Positions 49,960-61,894 of a stretch of DNA of 64,000 nt are shown here, one piece after another. The stretch comes from Lama glama (Eukaryota). The stretch spans positions 58,592,001-58,656,000 of the forward strand of contig CM052816.1 in assembly GCA_028534125.1 (NCBI GenBank). Reading direction: 5' to 3'. Each line of letters opens with the position of its first letter. Positions within the stretch are counted from its first letter, which is position 1. The translations under genes and the position numbers were made by a program. The notes beneath the pieces are model-generated. The model was not told the DNA's origin and did not search any database. It was given only the letters and a program-made list of their open reading frames with translations.

Positions 49960-51400
49960 ATTTATTCAAGAAAATCTAGCAGCAAAAGTCTGTGGCATTT
50001 GAATCAGGACCTGCTCCTTCCCTTCCTCAGCTTGAGAGACTTCACTCCAGGTGACTGCAGCCAAGAACACAGGGCTTCCCACTACTGAGTGTGGCCAGCT
50101 GAGAGTTTGGGGCTCCCTTTCTCCACTCAGCCCCACCTGTAGGATGGAGGCTCTACCCTAGGGCACAGCAGGCCAAGAATACTGCCTCCTCCTTGAAGTG
50201 CAATCACCGTTGCCCCAACTCATCTGTAGGGCAGAATTTCCAAACTGGGAGAGGTAAACCAAGGTGATCATAGGCTGCCTCCAGCTGAGCACCTACCCAG
50301 AAGAGGGGCTCAGACAATTTGCCAAGGGGAAAGAGGCATTCCATAGGAAGAGAGAGCTCTGAAGCTCTATCCAAAGGAACTGACTTTATTTGAAACAATG
50401 TTGGGAAGCTCAAGCCTACAGCTCTCTTGAAACCAGCAGCTCCTCTTAATTAAAGAGCAACAAGCTAAACATAAGCCAGCTAGTTCAACAGAAAGAACTA
50501 GAGAAAGAGACAACTAAGAAGAGCTCTCCTGGGGTCAGAACAAACCTCAGAGACTGGACTCACAGTCTACACCTGCCCAAATTTAACTGGATCAGATTGT
50601 GGGATAATTTATGCCTCATGGCACTATAAAAAATAATGGAGCAATCCACCAGTAATTAGTGGAGCAGAACAGGCGGGTGTGACACCAAGGGAGTGTGACA
50701 CTCTTCTCTGAAGAGTGACAGAGGCTTCACATTACAGGGGAAAACAGACTTCATTAAAATAGTTTAGCCAAGTCACTAAACAAACAAAACATAACCCAGG
50801 GAGGGTGGAGATGAATCAGTATCAAAAGGTTCTACAATGTATTACCTAAATTGGTACAGTTTTCAACAAAACATTATGAAATTATGCGAAGGAACAAAAA
50901 AGTGTGATCCATACACAGAAGAAGGGTATGGAACAGAAACTACCTATGAGAGGGCCCAGATATTAAATTTAACAGAAAAAAGACTTCAAAAGAGCCATTA
51001 TAAATGTTTTCAAGGAATAAAAGAAAACCATGCTTAAACAAGTAAAGGGAGTTATAATGACAATGTCTCATCATATAGGGAATATCAATAAAGAGACAGA
51101 AAATGCAAAAAGAACCAAATGGAAATTCTGGACTTGACAACGTCCAATAACCAAAGTGAAAAATTCACCAGAGGGGCTCAATAGTAGATTTCAACTGGGA
51201 GAAGGAATAATCAGTAAGCTTGAACATAGACTGATAGAGATTATGCAATAGAAAACAGAATGATATGTGAGATACCATTAAGCATTCCAACAAACACTAA
51301 TGGAAGACCAGAAAACAGAGAGAAAGGAGTAGAAAAAACATAAAGAGATAATGTCTGAAATGACATAGTGAATAAACTGAAAGAAATGGGATAAAAACTG
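49960..51400 (+). mobile_element. Old L1 5'UTR/ORF1 fragment (L1M4-like)
   Basis: ORF1 coiled-coil remnants (GAACCAAATGGAAATTCTGGA, AATTCACCAGAGGGGCTCAATAGTAGATT). Confidence 0.65.
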
Positions 51401-51657
51401 ATAAATAAAAAGAAAAGCCAAAACATCCTATTTTTGCCTAAATTTTACAAATCTTTTAAAGTTCACAAATCCAACAGTATGAGGGCTCTTGCACACTTAC
51501 CTTTTTAAAAATCCACTACACGATACAATCAGGATTTTTATAAAACAGCTTTTTGATAGGGAAAACGTAAAGAGTTTTGATCCTGAAATCTGAATTTTTA
51601 ACTAGTGGATACAATGATTCTGATGATTTTTGATAATTACCGTGTAAGTAATCTAAA

Positions 51658-51810
51658 CCAGTACTTCTCAAACACCTCAACCATCTCCTGCATGAGAATC
51701 ACCTGGAGATTTTGTTAAAATGCAGATTTATTCAGTAGGTCTTGGTTGAGACCTGAGATTCTGCATTTTTCTCAGGCTTCCAGGTGATGTTGATGATTCT
51801 GGTCCAAGCA
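51658..51810. mobile_element. MER5A-like hAT element (similar copy at ~28645-28780)
   Basis: AGAATCACCTGGAG...TGTTAAAATGCAGAT...TTCTGCATTTT...CCAGGTGAT. Confidence 0.75.
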
Positions 51811-52641
51811 GACTCTTGCTAATCAAACTGACTTACACAGAATTCTTAATAACCTTCCATTGGAGAAACTGAGAGAGATCATCCTACCAAATAAAAGTTA
51901 ACTGCACCAGCAACATTTGAATGGAGTCTAGTAATTAAATTATAAATTAGTAGTAATGTATCAATGTTAATGTCCTGATTCTGATGTGTATACTATGGTC
52001 ATGTAAGAGAATGTCCCTGTTTTCAGGAAGTACATGCTGAAGTGTTTAAGAATAATGGGCATCATGTCTGCACTGTATTCAAACATGATTCAGGAAAAAA
52101 TACATGTCTTTGTGTACATATGTGCATAAAGAAAGAATAAAAGGCAAATATGGTAAAAATGAAATACTGACAAATCTTACTAAAGGATATACAAGAATTT
52201 CTTTTGCACCATCCTCATTATCTAAGTTGGAAATTATTTCAAGATAAAGTTTAAAAACTAGTATAATCTAAAAATAATAGGCAAGGATAGGGAAATCCAT
52301 GAATTCTGATGCACATATTAATTATGCCTATTGCCCAGAAGTCATCCCACTTCTACCTATAAATGTGGAATATTTTAAATCTTTTAAGTATCACTGTTCT
52401 TAAGCGATGAGATTTATTGTACGAAGGTAGATATTTACTCTATAATCCTCTCTTCTGATCATTCGTAAGGCAAACCCTATCTTTAAAATTTGTGGGAGCT
52501 TTAGTGAGTTATATGGTAGATAATTAATAATTTCAATAATACACAAATTCTCTGTTCTATCTTGAAGATGAGCACTACAGACATGTGACCTAAGACTGTT
52601 AATGAAATATGACCCTTAAGACACACATTAAAAAAGAGAAA

Positions 52642-52825
52642 CAACTGTATAGCACAGGGAAACATCCACAAGACCTTGTGGTAGCTCACAGCAAAAAAAA
52701 TGTGACAATGAATTACATGTTCATGTATAACTGAAAAATTGTGCTCTACACTGGAATTTGACACAATATTGTAAAAAGATTATAAATCAATAAAAAATGT
52801 TTAAAAAAGTTAAAAAAATAAAAAA
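52642..52825 (+). mobile_element. Younger L1 3' end (camelid-type)
   Basis: CTGTATAGCACAGGGAAA...GTGCTCTACACTGGAATTTGACACAA...AATAAAAAATG; flanking GAAACAACTG repeat. Confidence 0.75.
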
Positions 52826-53101
52826 GAAACAACTGATGGAAAATTTGGTAAAGTTCAAAAAAAGACAAACCTCAGTAGATACAAATTGGCAAGTGTGTAC
52901 TGCCATCGGCACATTAATGATTTTCAACCATTATTTATTATTGGCATAATTTCAAAACTTGGGAAGATAATGTAAATATACTATTAATGGACATTGTTTG
53001 TAATACTGAAATCAACTAAAATACCTATCAATGAGGCTGAATAAAATTATAAACTTTGAAAAAGTATGAGTTAAGATTTGAATATACTTTAGCAATGCTG
53101 C

Positions 53102-53392
53102 TGTTATGGGCTAAATGTTTCTGTCACATCAAATTCGTATTTTGAAATCCTAACCCCTAAAGTGATGTTTAGGAGATGGAGACTTGGGAGGTGCTTAGGT
53201 CCTGATGGTTAAGCCCTCATGAATGGGACTAGTGCCCTTATATAAGAGACCCCCAGAGAGCTCTCTCTTGCTCTGCCGTCCACCACGTGAGAATACAATG
53301 AGAAGATGGTCACGTGCAACCTAGGAAGCAGGCCCTCACCAGACACTGGATCTGCTAGCATCTTGATTTTGGACTTCCTAGCCTCCAGAGCC
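53102..53392 (+). mobile_element. MLT1A-like MaLR LTR (3'-truncated)
   Basis: TGTTATGGGCTAAATGTTT...GCCCTTATATAAGAGACCCCAGAGAGCT...GACTTCCTAGCCTCCAGA. Confidence 0.85.
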
Positions 53393-53950
53393 ACTTTGCA
53401 CTAATTTATACAATATTGAGTGCTATCTAAGGTAAGTGACAAAAGCAAATTAAAGCTTATATCTAATATTTGTATATGCACAGAAAAAGTCTAGAAGAGT
53501 TTACACCAACCTGTCAAAAGGAATTACCTGTGGTTACAAGGGACTTACAATTTTTATTTTATACACTTCTATATTACTTGATTTCTTTCTTTCTTTCTTT
53601 TTTACTAAAAAGAAATTCCATGAGTTAAGAGTAATGAAAGAAAAATATAATTAGAGGGAAATTTCCTTGAAAAAGAACGAGACTTCAGAGAGAAAAATGC
53701 CACTGAACATTAGAATTAGATTTGGAAGGAAAAGAGCTGGAATATATAAACCTCCTAGAAATTAATCATAGGAAGGAGGCTGTGTGGGCAGGATGTCTTT
53801 TTTTTAATAAATCAAAAACCATTTATTAATTCTGATTCAAAAAATAAAGGGGAAAAAACTTACTCTCACTAGTATATAGTAATGAGCTGACCCACAGAAA
53901 GATGTTATAAGATATTACTTCTTGGGGATAATAAAAACTCATGTTATTAC

Positions 53951-54071
53951 CTTGATTTCTCATTGGAATGGTTAACAAAGCAAGGTATGGCAAAAGCTGA
54001 GTTTGGAGGCATAAAGCTGGTAAGCAGAAGTCAGAAAAAAGTGCTTTTGCTGCCAGGCAATTTTCCCGATA
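53951..54071 (-). CDS. RAD17: RAD17 exon (YRENCLAAKALFSDFCLPALCLQTQLLPYLALLTIPMRNQ)
   Basis: TACAG| acceptor and AAG|GTAATA donor; 121 nt. Confidence 0.96.
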
Positions 54072-55135
54072 CTGTACAGAAGAAAAAACAAAGATATAAT
54101 GAAAAATAAAATTCTAAATGTGGATATTTATTCCTAGACAAAGTTTGTTATATCACAAAGTATATGGGTTTATATACTACAAATGTACTTTGTTTATCTA
54201 ATTAATCCTTTATAACTGTCCTAGCATTATCTAATAAAGCATTTTACCTACATAGCTACTTCACATTTAATATAACAGCAATAAGAAGTTTTTAAGAGAC
54301 TTAAGGTAGAAGAAGAACAAACTTAAAAATTAAAGGAATTCTGTTTATAAGCATACATATACATATCACAAACTATGTGAGGATACTGCTTCTCAATGAA
54401 AGACTGTATTTCTTCAGTCTACACAGACACAATGTCAGGGTAATGGGAAGAGAAGCACTATCTCTGCCTTCTAGGAGCTCACGGTCTTAAAAAGATCATT
54501 TATAAGTAACAAATGCAAAAATCAATATACATGCTATAAAAAGCAAAGCAAGTCAATAAGGGACATAAATTACTTAAAAGTCATGAAATTCTCCAAGAAA
54601 TCAATTGAAAAAATGTTCTTAGGTAATGAATGAGAGGCTTATATTTAGCCATATGATTTTAGAACTGGAAGACATCTTAGAGATAACCTAGTCAGAGGCC
54701 ATAAATCCAGATGCTACAGGAGTCAGGCAGGTAACAGAAATCACTGCACTGGAACAGCTGAAGACAGTGGTACCAGCCACTCCCATCTCCAAGAGGCAGA
54801 TGCTACTCAGCTTGAACAGATTGCTGGCATGTAAAATATGGACCAGTGTTGCCTTACTTTCCCCGTTTTATCAGGAGATTCCAGAAATTCTGAAGCCAAA
54901 TATCCTTATCCAAGTTTTAATTATTATACTAGTTTTTAAAGACTGGCAATTCATTAAAAAAAATCTTTTGTGTATGTTTTATTCAACTTGTGGGCCATCT
55001 GTTTTTGATCTCTAAATAATTCAATCCTCTACATTCATAGCTGTGGAAACAAAGGACATATTAGGTGAAGTAACTTGTCCAGATGGTTAGAGGTAAAGTT
55101 AGGATTTATTTTCAATTAAAACTAAAATATATCTA

Positions 55136-55718
55136 CAGGCATACCTCAACATATTGTGGGTTCAATTCCAGACCACTGCAATAAGGTAAATATTACACAA
55201 ATTTTGTGGTTTCCCAGTGCATATAAAAGTTACACTTACACTATACTATAGTCTGTTAAGTGTGCAATAGCATCATGTCTAAAAAAGAAAAACAATGTAC
55301 ATACTTTAATTTAAAAATACTTAATTGCTAAAAAATGCTAACCATCACCTGAGCCTGCGTTGAGTCATAATCTTGCTGATGGAGAGTTTGAAATATTGAG
55401 AGAGTTATCAAAATGTGACACAGAGTGGGGAAGGATATAGCTCGAGAGTCAGAACACATGCTTAGCATGTACGAGGTCCTAGGTTCCCCAGTACCTCCTC
55501 TCAAAAGAAATAGACCTAATTACCCCCTCCACCAAACAACTTAAAAAAGTAAAAATAAAAAATGCGACACAGAAACGTGAAGTGAGCAAATGTTGGTGAG
55601 AAAAATGGTGCTGACAGACTCGTTTGACACAGGATTGCGACAAAACTTCAATTTGTAAAAACAAAAAAAAGCATCTGTAAAGCACTTTAATAAAGTGCAA
55701 TAAAATGAGGTAAGCCTC
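55136..55718 (+). mobile_element. Internally deleted Tigger1 DNA transposon
   Basis: TA-CAGGCATACCTC ... GAGGTAAGCCTC-TA terminal inverted repeats and TA TSD. Confidence 0.88.
55425..55560 (+). mobile_element. Vic-1-type SINE (degenerate) inserted in Tigger1
   Basis: TSD AAATG(T/C)GACACAGA. Confidence 0.8.
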
Positions 55719-55968
55719 TATACTTGAATCCAATTAAAATCGGTATATGCTTTTTAAATTTTGAGTGTTTTCCTTAAAAAAATGATTGAGCATTTAATAA
55801 GACTGTCTTTATGTTTTATCATAATTTAAAGAAAATTGTGGTCCACAGCAACTATCTTATTAAAAATAAAAGATTATTTTTCTTTTTTAACTAAAAAAAA
55901 AAAGCTTTATTGAGGTATACCGTAAAAGGTTTACTTATTGAAAATGTATAGTTTTGTTTTTTTTTTAC

Positions 55969-56118
55969 CTTTTTATTTATTAGAAACCACTGGGGTTTGT
56001 GCAAGGGTCGAAAACTTGATCCTCCTCCTTGGCAATGAGCAAATCCTCGGGCTTTGTTGGAATGTATTACACCTCTTGTAGCTATAGATGTACTATACTC
56101 CCTGAGTAAAGACCGTGT
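55969..56118 (-). CDS. RAD17: RAD17 exon (TRSLLREYSTSIATRGVIHSNKARGFAHCQGGGSSFRPLHKPQWFLINKK)
   Basis: TTTTAG| acceptor and AAG|GTAAAA donor; 150 nt. Confidence 0.96.
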
Positions 56119-57400
56119 CTAAAAAGGAGACAAGATGTGAAATAAAGAAAATAAGAGATTTACAAAATAGTACTTATTGGTACTACTGACACCAAGAAAA
56201 GGCTAACCATATTTAGTTACTGTATGTTCACTTTTTTCAACCTTACTACATTCCTAAAATTAATAGTGCTACAAAATTATTTAAAGCAAATCCAACAGAC
56301 ATAATAATCAAATGCTATGGGTGAATTTTAACTGGATCTTGCATGGGGGTGGTGGAAGCAATTTTAAATACATTTTTGAGACAGCTAGGGAAAACAGAAA
56401 TAAGGACAGTATGTTACAGAATTAATATTAATTTTCTTAGGTGTGATAATGATATGGTTGTAATAGATCAATGTCCTTAGGCATCCTTAAATATTAAGAC
56501 GTGATGCTACAATTACTTTTCAATTATTCAGCCAAAACAAGTATACAAATACATAAACATTAAGCAAATGTGGCAAAATGTGAAAAACTAGTGAACAAAA
56601 GTTAAAGGTATATAGGTATTCATTGTACTATTCTTTCAATTTGTCAATAGGTTGGAAAATTTCAAGATAAAAAAGCAATATAAAAAATTAAGCAAATGCA
56701 ACTGCTGAATAATAAAACTCTAAATACAGAAACTATATTATAAATGTTTTTATTGTATTTTTCCTAATTTTAATTATTAATGCTATTTCAATATTTGTAA
56801 CACAGAAACATTAAAACATCAAAATAGTGTTGTCCAATAGAAATTCCCATTATGAGAATGTTTTGTGTCTGGGCTGCTCAATACAGTAATTATTAGCCAC
56901 ATTTGATTTATCTATCAAATGCTGGTACTGTGGCTAGTGATGGGGAAGTGAATTTTTAACTTAACTTAAGCAGCCACATGTGCCTGGTGACTACTATACC
57001 AGTCAGAGCAGTATTAAAATGTTAAGAAAATATACAAACTTTATAGTGAATAATTACAAATTCGTAAAAAAATAAGTAAAAATTTAAATAAACTAGCAGA
57101 AAGTACAGGAAAAGGCAGTTCTTTCCCTTCTATCTTCTTTTCAATGCTTGTCAAATTTTCTAACTATACATTAGTTTTGTAATCAGAAAATACCTGTAGA
57201 AAAAATTACAACTATATTAATCACAGAAAAATCAGACTCACTACTGAAGCTTCATTACAAACACTGGGTTGGATGAATTAATTCTGTCATAGTTACTAAG
57301 AAGTTACTTAAAATAATGTCAAATAATTATGAATAAAAGTAAACTTTCTCAATCCTGAGGAAATATTCATAAACAAAAACATTTAATCAAATGGTCTTAC

Positions 57401-57547
57401 ATTCCAGTCACCACTGAGGGTATCTGCAAAACTGAGAAATTCACTGGCTCTCACAAGATCATCCATTTCCATGAAGAAGTCTACGTAGTTTTGGTGAAGA
57501 TATAAATTAAATAACTCTCCTGGCATGTGTGACATTTCTACGACTTC
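57401..57547 (-). CDS. RAD17: RAD17 exon (EVVEMSHMPGELFNLYLHQNYVDFFMEMDDLVRASEFLSFADTLSGDWN)
   Basis: TATAG| acceptor and AAT|GTAAGA donor; 147 nt. Confidence 0.96.
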
Positions 57548-57658
57548 CTATAAAAAGAAGTATATACAATTTTGGTAAAAATTGAGTGGTCAAATGTATA
57601 TGGACACAAATGCAAATAATACATATCCAGTAAATAGTACTGTTATTAAAGACTTTAC

Positions 57659-57744
57659 CTCAGGTTGAACAAGCAGCATATCCCGTTCATATTCTGATAA
57701 ATGAGAAGGCAATCGAGGTAACTCTAATTCTGTTAAAGATGCTC
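57659..57744 (-). CDS. RAD17: RAD17 exon (RASLTELELPRLPSHLSEYERDMLLVQPE)
   Basis: Within ORF 57590-57781; GGTAG| acceptor and GAG|GTAAAG donor; 86 nt; followed by a 111-nt intron. Confidence 0.96.
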
Positions 57745-57986
57745 CTACCAAAAAAAGGTCTGCAATTATTAAAAATAACACTATCTTTACAATTATGTAG
57801 CACCTTTCATTTGAATATTTCTCAAGTTGGTTTTTATGTTTAATCCCACTCAGAGTCCAAAGATATTCTATCTTAAATACATTTTCCTGCTATGGCTGTA
57901 AGCTTTGCCAAACAGTATCCGACCTAGTCAGAGTTCTTTCTTGTAACTGAACCAAATACATGACATCTTTTAAAATGTGGTATTTT

Positions 57987-58124
57987 GGGAGGGACGGTAT
58001 AGCTCAGTGGCAGAGTGCCTGCTTAGCATGCACAAGGTCCTAGGTTCAATCCCCGGTACCTCCAATAAAATAAACATAATTACATCCCCACCAAAAAAAA
58101 AAAAAAAGATATATATGAAAAAAA
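57987..58124 (+). mobile_element. Vic-1-type SINE
   Basis: tRNA head, B-box and A-rich tail. Confidence 0.85.
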
Positions 58125-58192
58125 TCAGTATTTTATTTCAATTATAAGACTAATAACATACTTTTTAAAAATGTATAATAAGGTTTTCTTAC

Positions 58193-58378
58193 TTTTACAA
58201 TATAGTATTTTCCCCAAAGCTCTGAAGAGAAAGAGAGAAACATCTTTGCCACCAATAGCTTGGACTTCTTGATTTTCAAAAATCCTATCAGGTTTTTGTC
58301 TTCGTTTTGATTTTGACAGCGCAGCATCTGATTTTAATGAAGACATTCCTTTTTTCCTTGGGCATAAATTGTTCTTTC
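58193..58378 (-). CDS. RAD17: RAD17 exon (GKNNLCPRKKGMSSLKSDAALSKSKRRQKPDR...GGKDVSLFLFRALGKILYCK)
   Basis: Within ORF 58125-58397; TTTAG| acceptor and AAA|GTAAGA donor; 186 nt. Confidence 0.96.
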
Positions 58379-60101
58379 CTAAATAACATATACCCAAGCA
58401 ACAATGATTAAAATAAAATTAAAATATGAAAATTAAAACTGAGAGCACTTCAGATATAGCTATACTAAGTATTCTAATTAAAATGTTTTTCCAATAAATA
58501 ATTACAAAGTATGTGAACTAAGTAAGAGTCCTTTTTCATTACTAAACCATTAAAACAAAATAAAATGTCACCTAAAAGTATGTCATGACACAGATTTCAA
58601 ATTTTCATGTACACAATGACACACTCTCTAATATAGTCACATCACCTTGATTTCTCACAGTGTTATGCACAAGGTACTGTTCTTCGTGCACAGTATGTAC
58701 TAACTAATTCAGTCCTCATAACAAGTCTTTTAGGGGAGAACTATTACACGGAGTAAAGAAATGAGATATAAGGAGGTTAAGTAACCAGCTAAAGATCATC
58801 AGCTAGTAAGTGATTTGAATCCAGGCCGTATGGTTCTGCAATCCATGCTTTAACAACTATGCTATAGTACCTCTTTACTGATTTGGGCAGTCTCCAATTT
58901 ATGAATATGCCCGTGTTCAAATTTCACTGGGAATCTACTGTTTAAAACTCAGAATGTATGACTTCAGAAAAGCAGCCTGAAATAGCAGAAAAACACAGAT
59001 CTGGATTTGAATCCTAGCACTATCTATCTCATTAGGCTAGTCTGAGAATTAAATGTAAAAATATATAACTGCTAATACAGTTCCTGACCCACTCAAAAAT
59101 TATTTTCTTCCCTTTAAAATTTCGGAGCTCAGAGCAATAATGTTATAAATGGTAGTTAGCATCCCAAACTGACCTACTTCAGCCTTCTCGACCCTTAATT
59201 TCTGTAGTGAACTGAAGCACCATTTACAATTATGTTTCTGGTTTCAGTTGTGTTATGCTGCCTATCTCTGTACAGTTATTTTGAAAAACAAAGATGTAAC
59301 TAAAAGAACAGGTTATACTTGTGGGTAGAAACTAGAATTTCAGGTGGATTTTGAGAGCTCCAAAGAGCTTTTAATTTTTAAAAATCAATTTCTCAATGTT
59401 AAGCATCAAGTAGGTCACTTGTTAAATGTTCTCTGATGAAGACTGTGTGCAGTAAACTACGATCACTAACAGTAAAAATTAACTCGTTGCCATTAGTGGG
59501 GCTCTTTACTGCAGCATGATTGGGCACCCTTTTTACATATTAATAGGTAGAAATGAGTTTTTTAAACATATCATATATAAACAATTATGAAATAAGTTCA
59601 AAAGTAAACCTACCCAGCACAATACTATTAAATTCATTAACAACTGGCTGTTTGAGCACTTAATATGTGTCAAGCACTGGAATAAACCCTCTACAAGTAT
59701 AACCTCACTTAATCTTGACACAACTCGATGAGACAGGTTCTCATATAAAACAACAGAAAATAAAGGCATGGAAAGATTAAGTCACTTGCAAGATTAAGTC
59801 ACTGAAAAATGGCAGAGAGGGATTTTTTTCCCAGGAAGTCTCATTCCAAATTAACTCTGAAACGTAAAGTGGCAAACTATGAAAATGAATCAGCTGTTGT
59901 CTACAGATATATATGGTAACACATTCACAGGGGTGTGTGTACATACATTTTATTACACTGTCTCAATAAAAAAATAGTAAGTGGATATACGTATATATCA
60001 ATTTTAAGTTAAAGTACGTTTACTTTGATTTCATTTCACGAACAATAAAGAAAAAGTCAGTCACCTATATAATACTGTAAGAGTGTACCTTTCAGAATTA
60101 C

Positions 60102-60213
60102 CTGTTGAGGAAGAAAACTGGAGGCTGTTTATTGCACTTCTGATATCACCAGAACATCCTTGACAGAGCAACTCTAGAGCAGCTTTATCAGGGACAATAA
60201 TTTTTCTTCCATT
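60102..60213 (-). CDS. RAD17: RAD17 exon (NGRKIIVPDKAALELLCQGCSGDIRSAINSLQFSSST); earlier exons lie beyond the window
   Basis: GDIRSAIN sensor-2 motif of RFC-like AAA+ clamp loaders; TTTTAG| acceptor and CAG|GTAATT donor; 112 nt. Confidence 0.96.
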
Positions 60214-60343
60214 CTAAAATGAGAAAATATTAAAAAAAAACCATGCCCTAAAACAGAAAACAAACAAAAGCTCCTACTTTCTAAACTTATTGGAAGTACA
60301 TTAGAATCTTTCAAATTTGAATGCTAAAAAGTCTCCATGTGGT

Positions 60344-60471
60344 GGGGGAGGGTATAGGTCCAGTGGTAAAGTGCATGCTTAGCATGCACAAGGTCCCAGG
60401 TTTAATCCCCAGTACTTCCGTGAAAGTAAAAATAAATAAATAAACCTAATTACCAACCCCTCCAAAAAAAA
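60344..60471 (+). mobile_element. Vic-1-type SINE
   Basis: tRNA head and AAACCTAATTACC tail. Confidence 0.85.
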
Positions 60472-60846
60472 CTGTTAAACACCAGTCTGCTTATGAAGGG
60501 CCAAGTGTCGATGACATCACAGGTTAAGGTAAAATTTGAACAGTATGAAATAGTGGACTAGGACTACTGTTTTTTATTTGGACTAGGTTATATTTTCTCT
60601 CACTATATGTACATACGTATATACAAATACACACACACACACACAAAGACCTCAAAACACTCTATAATAAAAGCAATAAAATGAAGTACACAAAAAAATT
60701 GACAAACATTTGAAATTTACATGAAAATCCATATACTGGATTTTTCAACGTATTAATACAGTCTGCTGAGTATTAAAAAGTGCATCAACTCATATTTAAA
60801 GCCTGTTTCATATAGTTATTTAAGGTACATAAACTGTATATTTTTT

Positions 60847-60945
60847 GGGGGGGTGGATATACCAAGTGGTAGAGCACATGCTTAGTATGCATGAGGTCCT
60901 GAGTTCAATCCCCAGTACCTCCATTAAAAACAAACAAATAGATAA
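60847..60945 (+). mobile_element. Vic-1-type SINE
   Basis: tRNA head and B-box GTTCAATCCCC. Confidence 0.8.
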
Positions 60946-61688
60946 GTTTTAAAATGTATGTATATTTTAAAAGATATATATGCAAAATAAACATAATATA
61001 TACATACATGCATATATATGTAAATATATCACATATCACTCTTGGTAGTTCAAAGGCAAGAAAAATTTATCCTCTCTTCCCCTTTAGAAACGCCTTTATT
61101 TAAAAAAATTTTTTTAAATTCATGTATAGTCAGTTTACAATGTTATGTTAATTTCTGGTGTACGGCAGAAACTCCTAATAGTTTACTGACAACATGACTT
61201 AAGTTTAATTCATGTGATGGTTCACAGATGACCTCATTTCAGATCTCATAAAAACTGATTCAAACAGAAAAACAGTACTTGTTACAATCCTTCAATATAT
61301 TTTTAACTTTATTAACAAAAGCTGTTTCAAAAGTTCTTTATGAAAGTTATTGTCTTTTTAGTTTCCACAAATTCCAAACTTCATCACAACTGCTAACATT
61401 TTAGTAGAAACCTTTCCGGACCACTATTTGTGCACATATATGTGTAAGTATATACAGTTATCTGTAATTATAGAGTTAACTTTTTAAACATAAGTGGCAT
61501 CATATTGTATGTATTATTCTATGACTTAATACCATTCTTGTGATCTTCCTATGTTAGTATCTTTAAATCTGTATCATTAAAAAAATGTTACAGGTATACC
61601 ATAATTTAACTAATACTTCCTTTAATGAAGGGACATTTACATTGTTACCAATATTTCACCATTACAGACCTGTATACATCATTATACA

Positions 61689-61894
61689 CAGTGGACCCTT
61701 GAATAATGTGGGGTTAAGGGCAATAGCTCTCCTCACGGTCAAAAATCCGAGTCTAATTTATAGTTGGCACTCTGGGATCATGGTTCTGCATCCTCAGATT
61801 CAATTAATCATGGATCAAGTAGTACTGTAGTATTCATTACTGAAAAAAGGCATATATAAGTGGACCCATGCAGTTGTTGTTCAAGGGTCGACTG
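61689..61894 (+). mobile_element. Tigger2/MER8-like MITE
   Basis: CAGTGGACCCTTGAA ... TTCAAGGGTCGACTG terminal inverted repeats. Confidence 0.8.
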
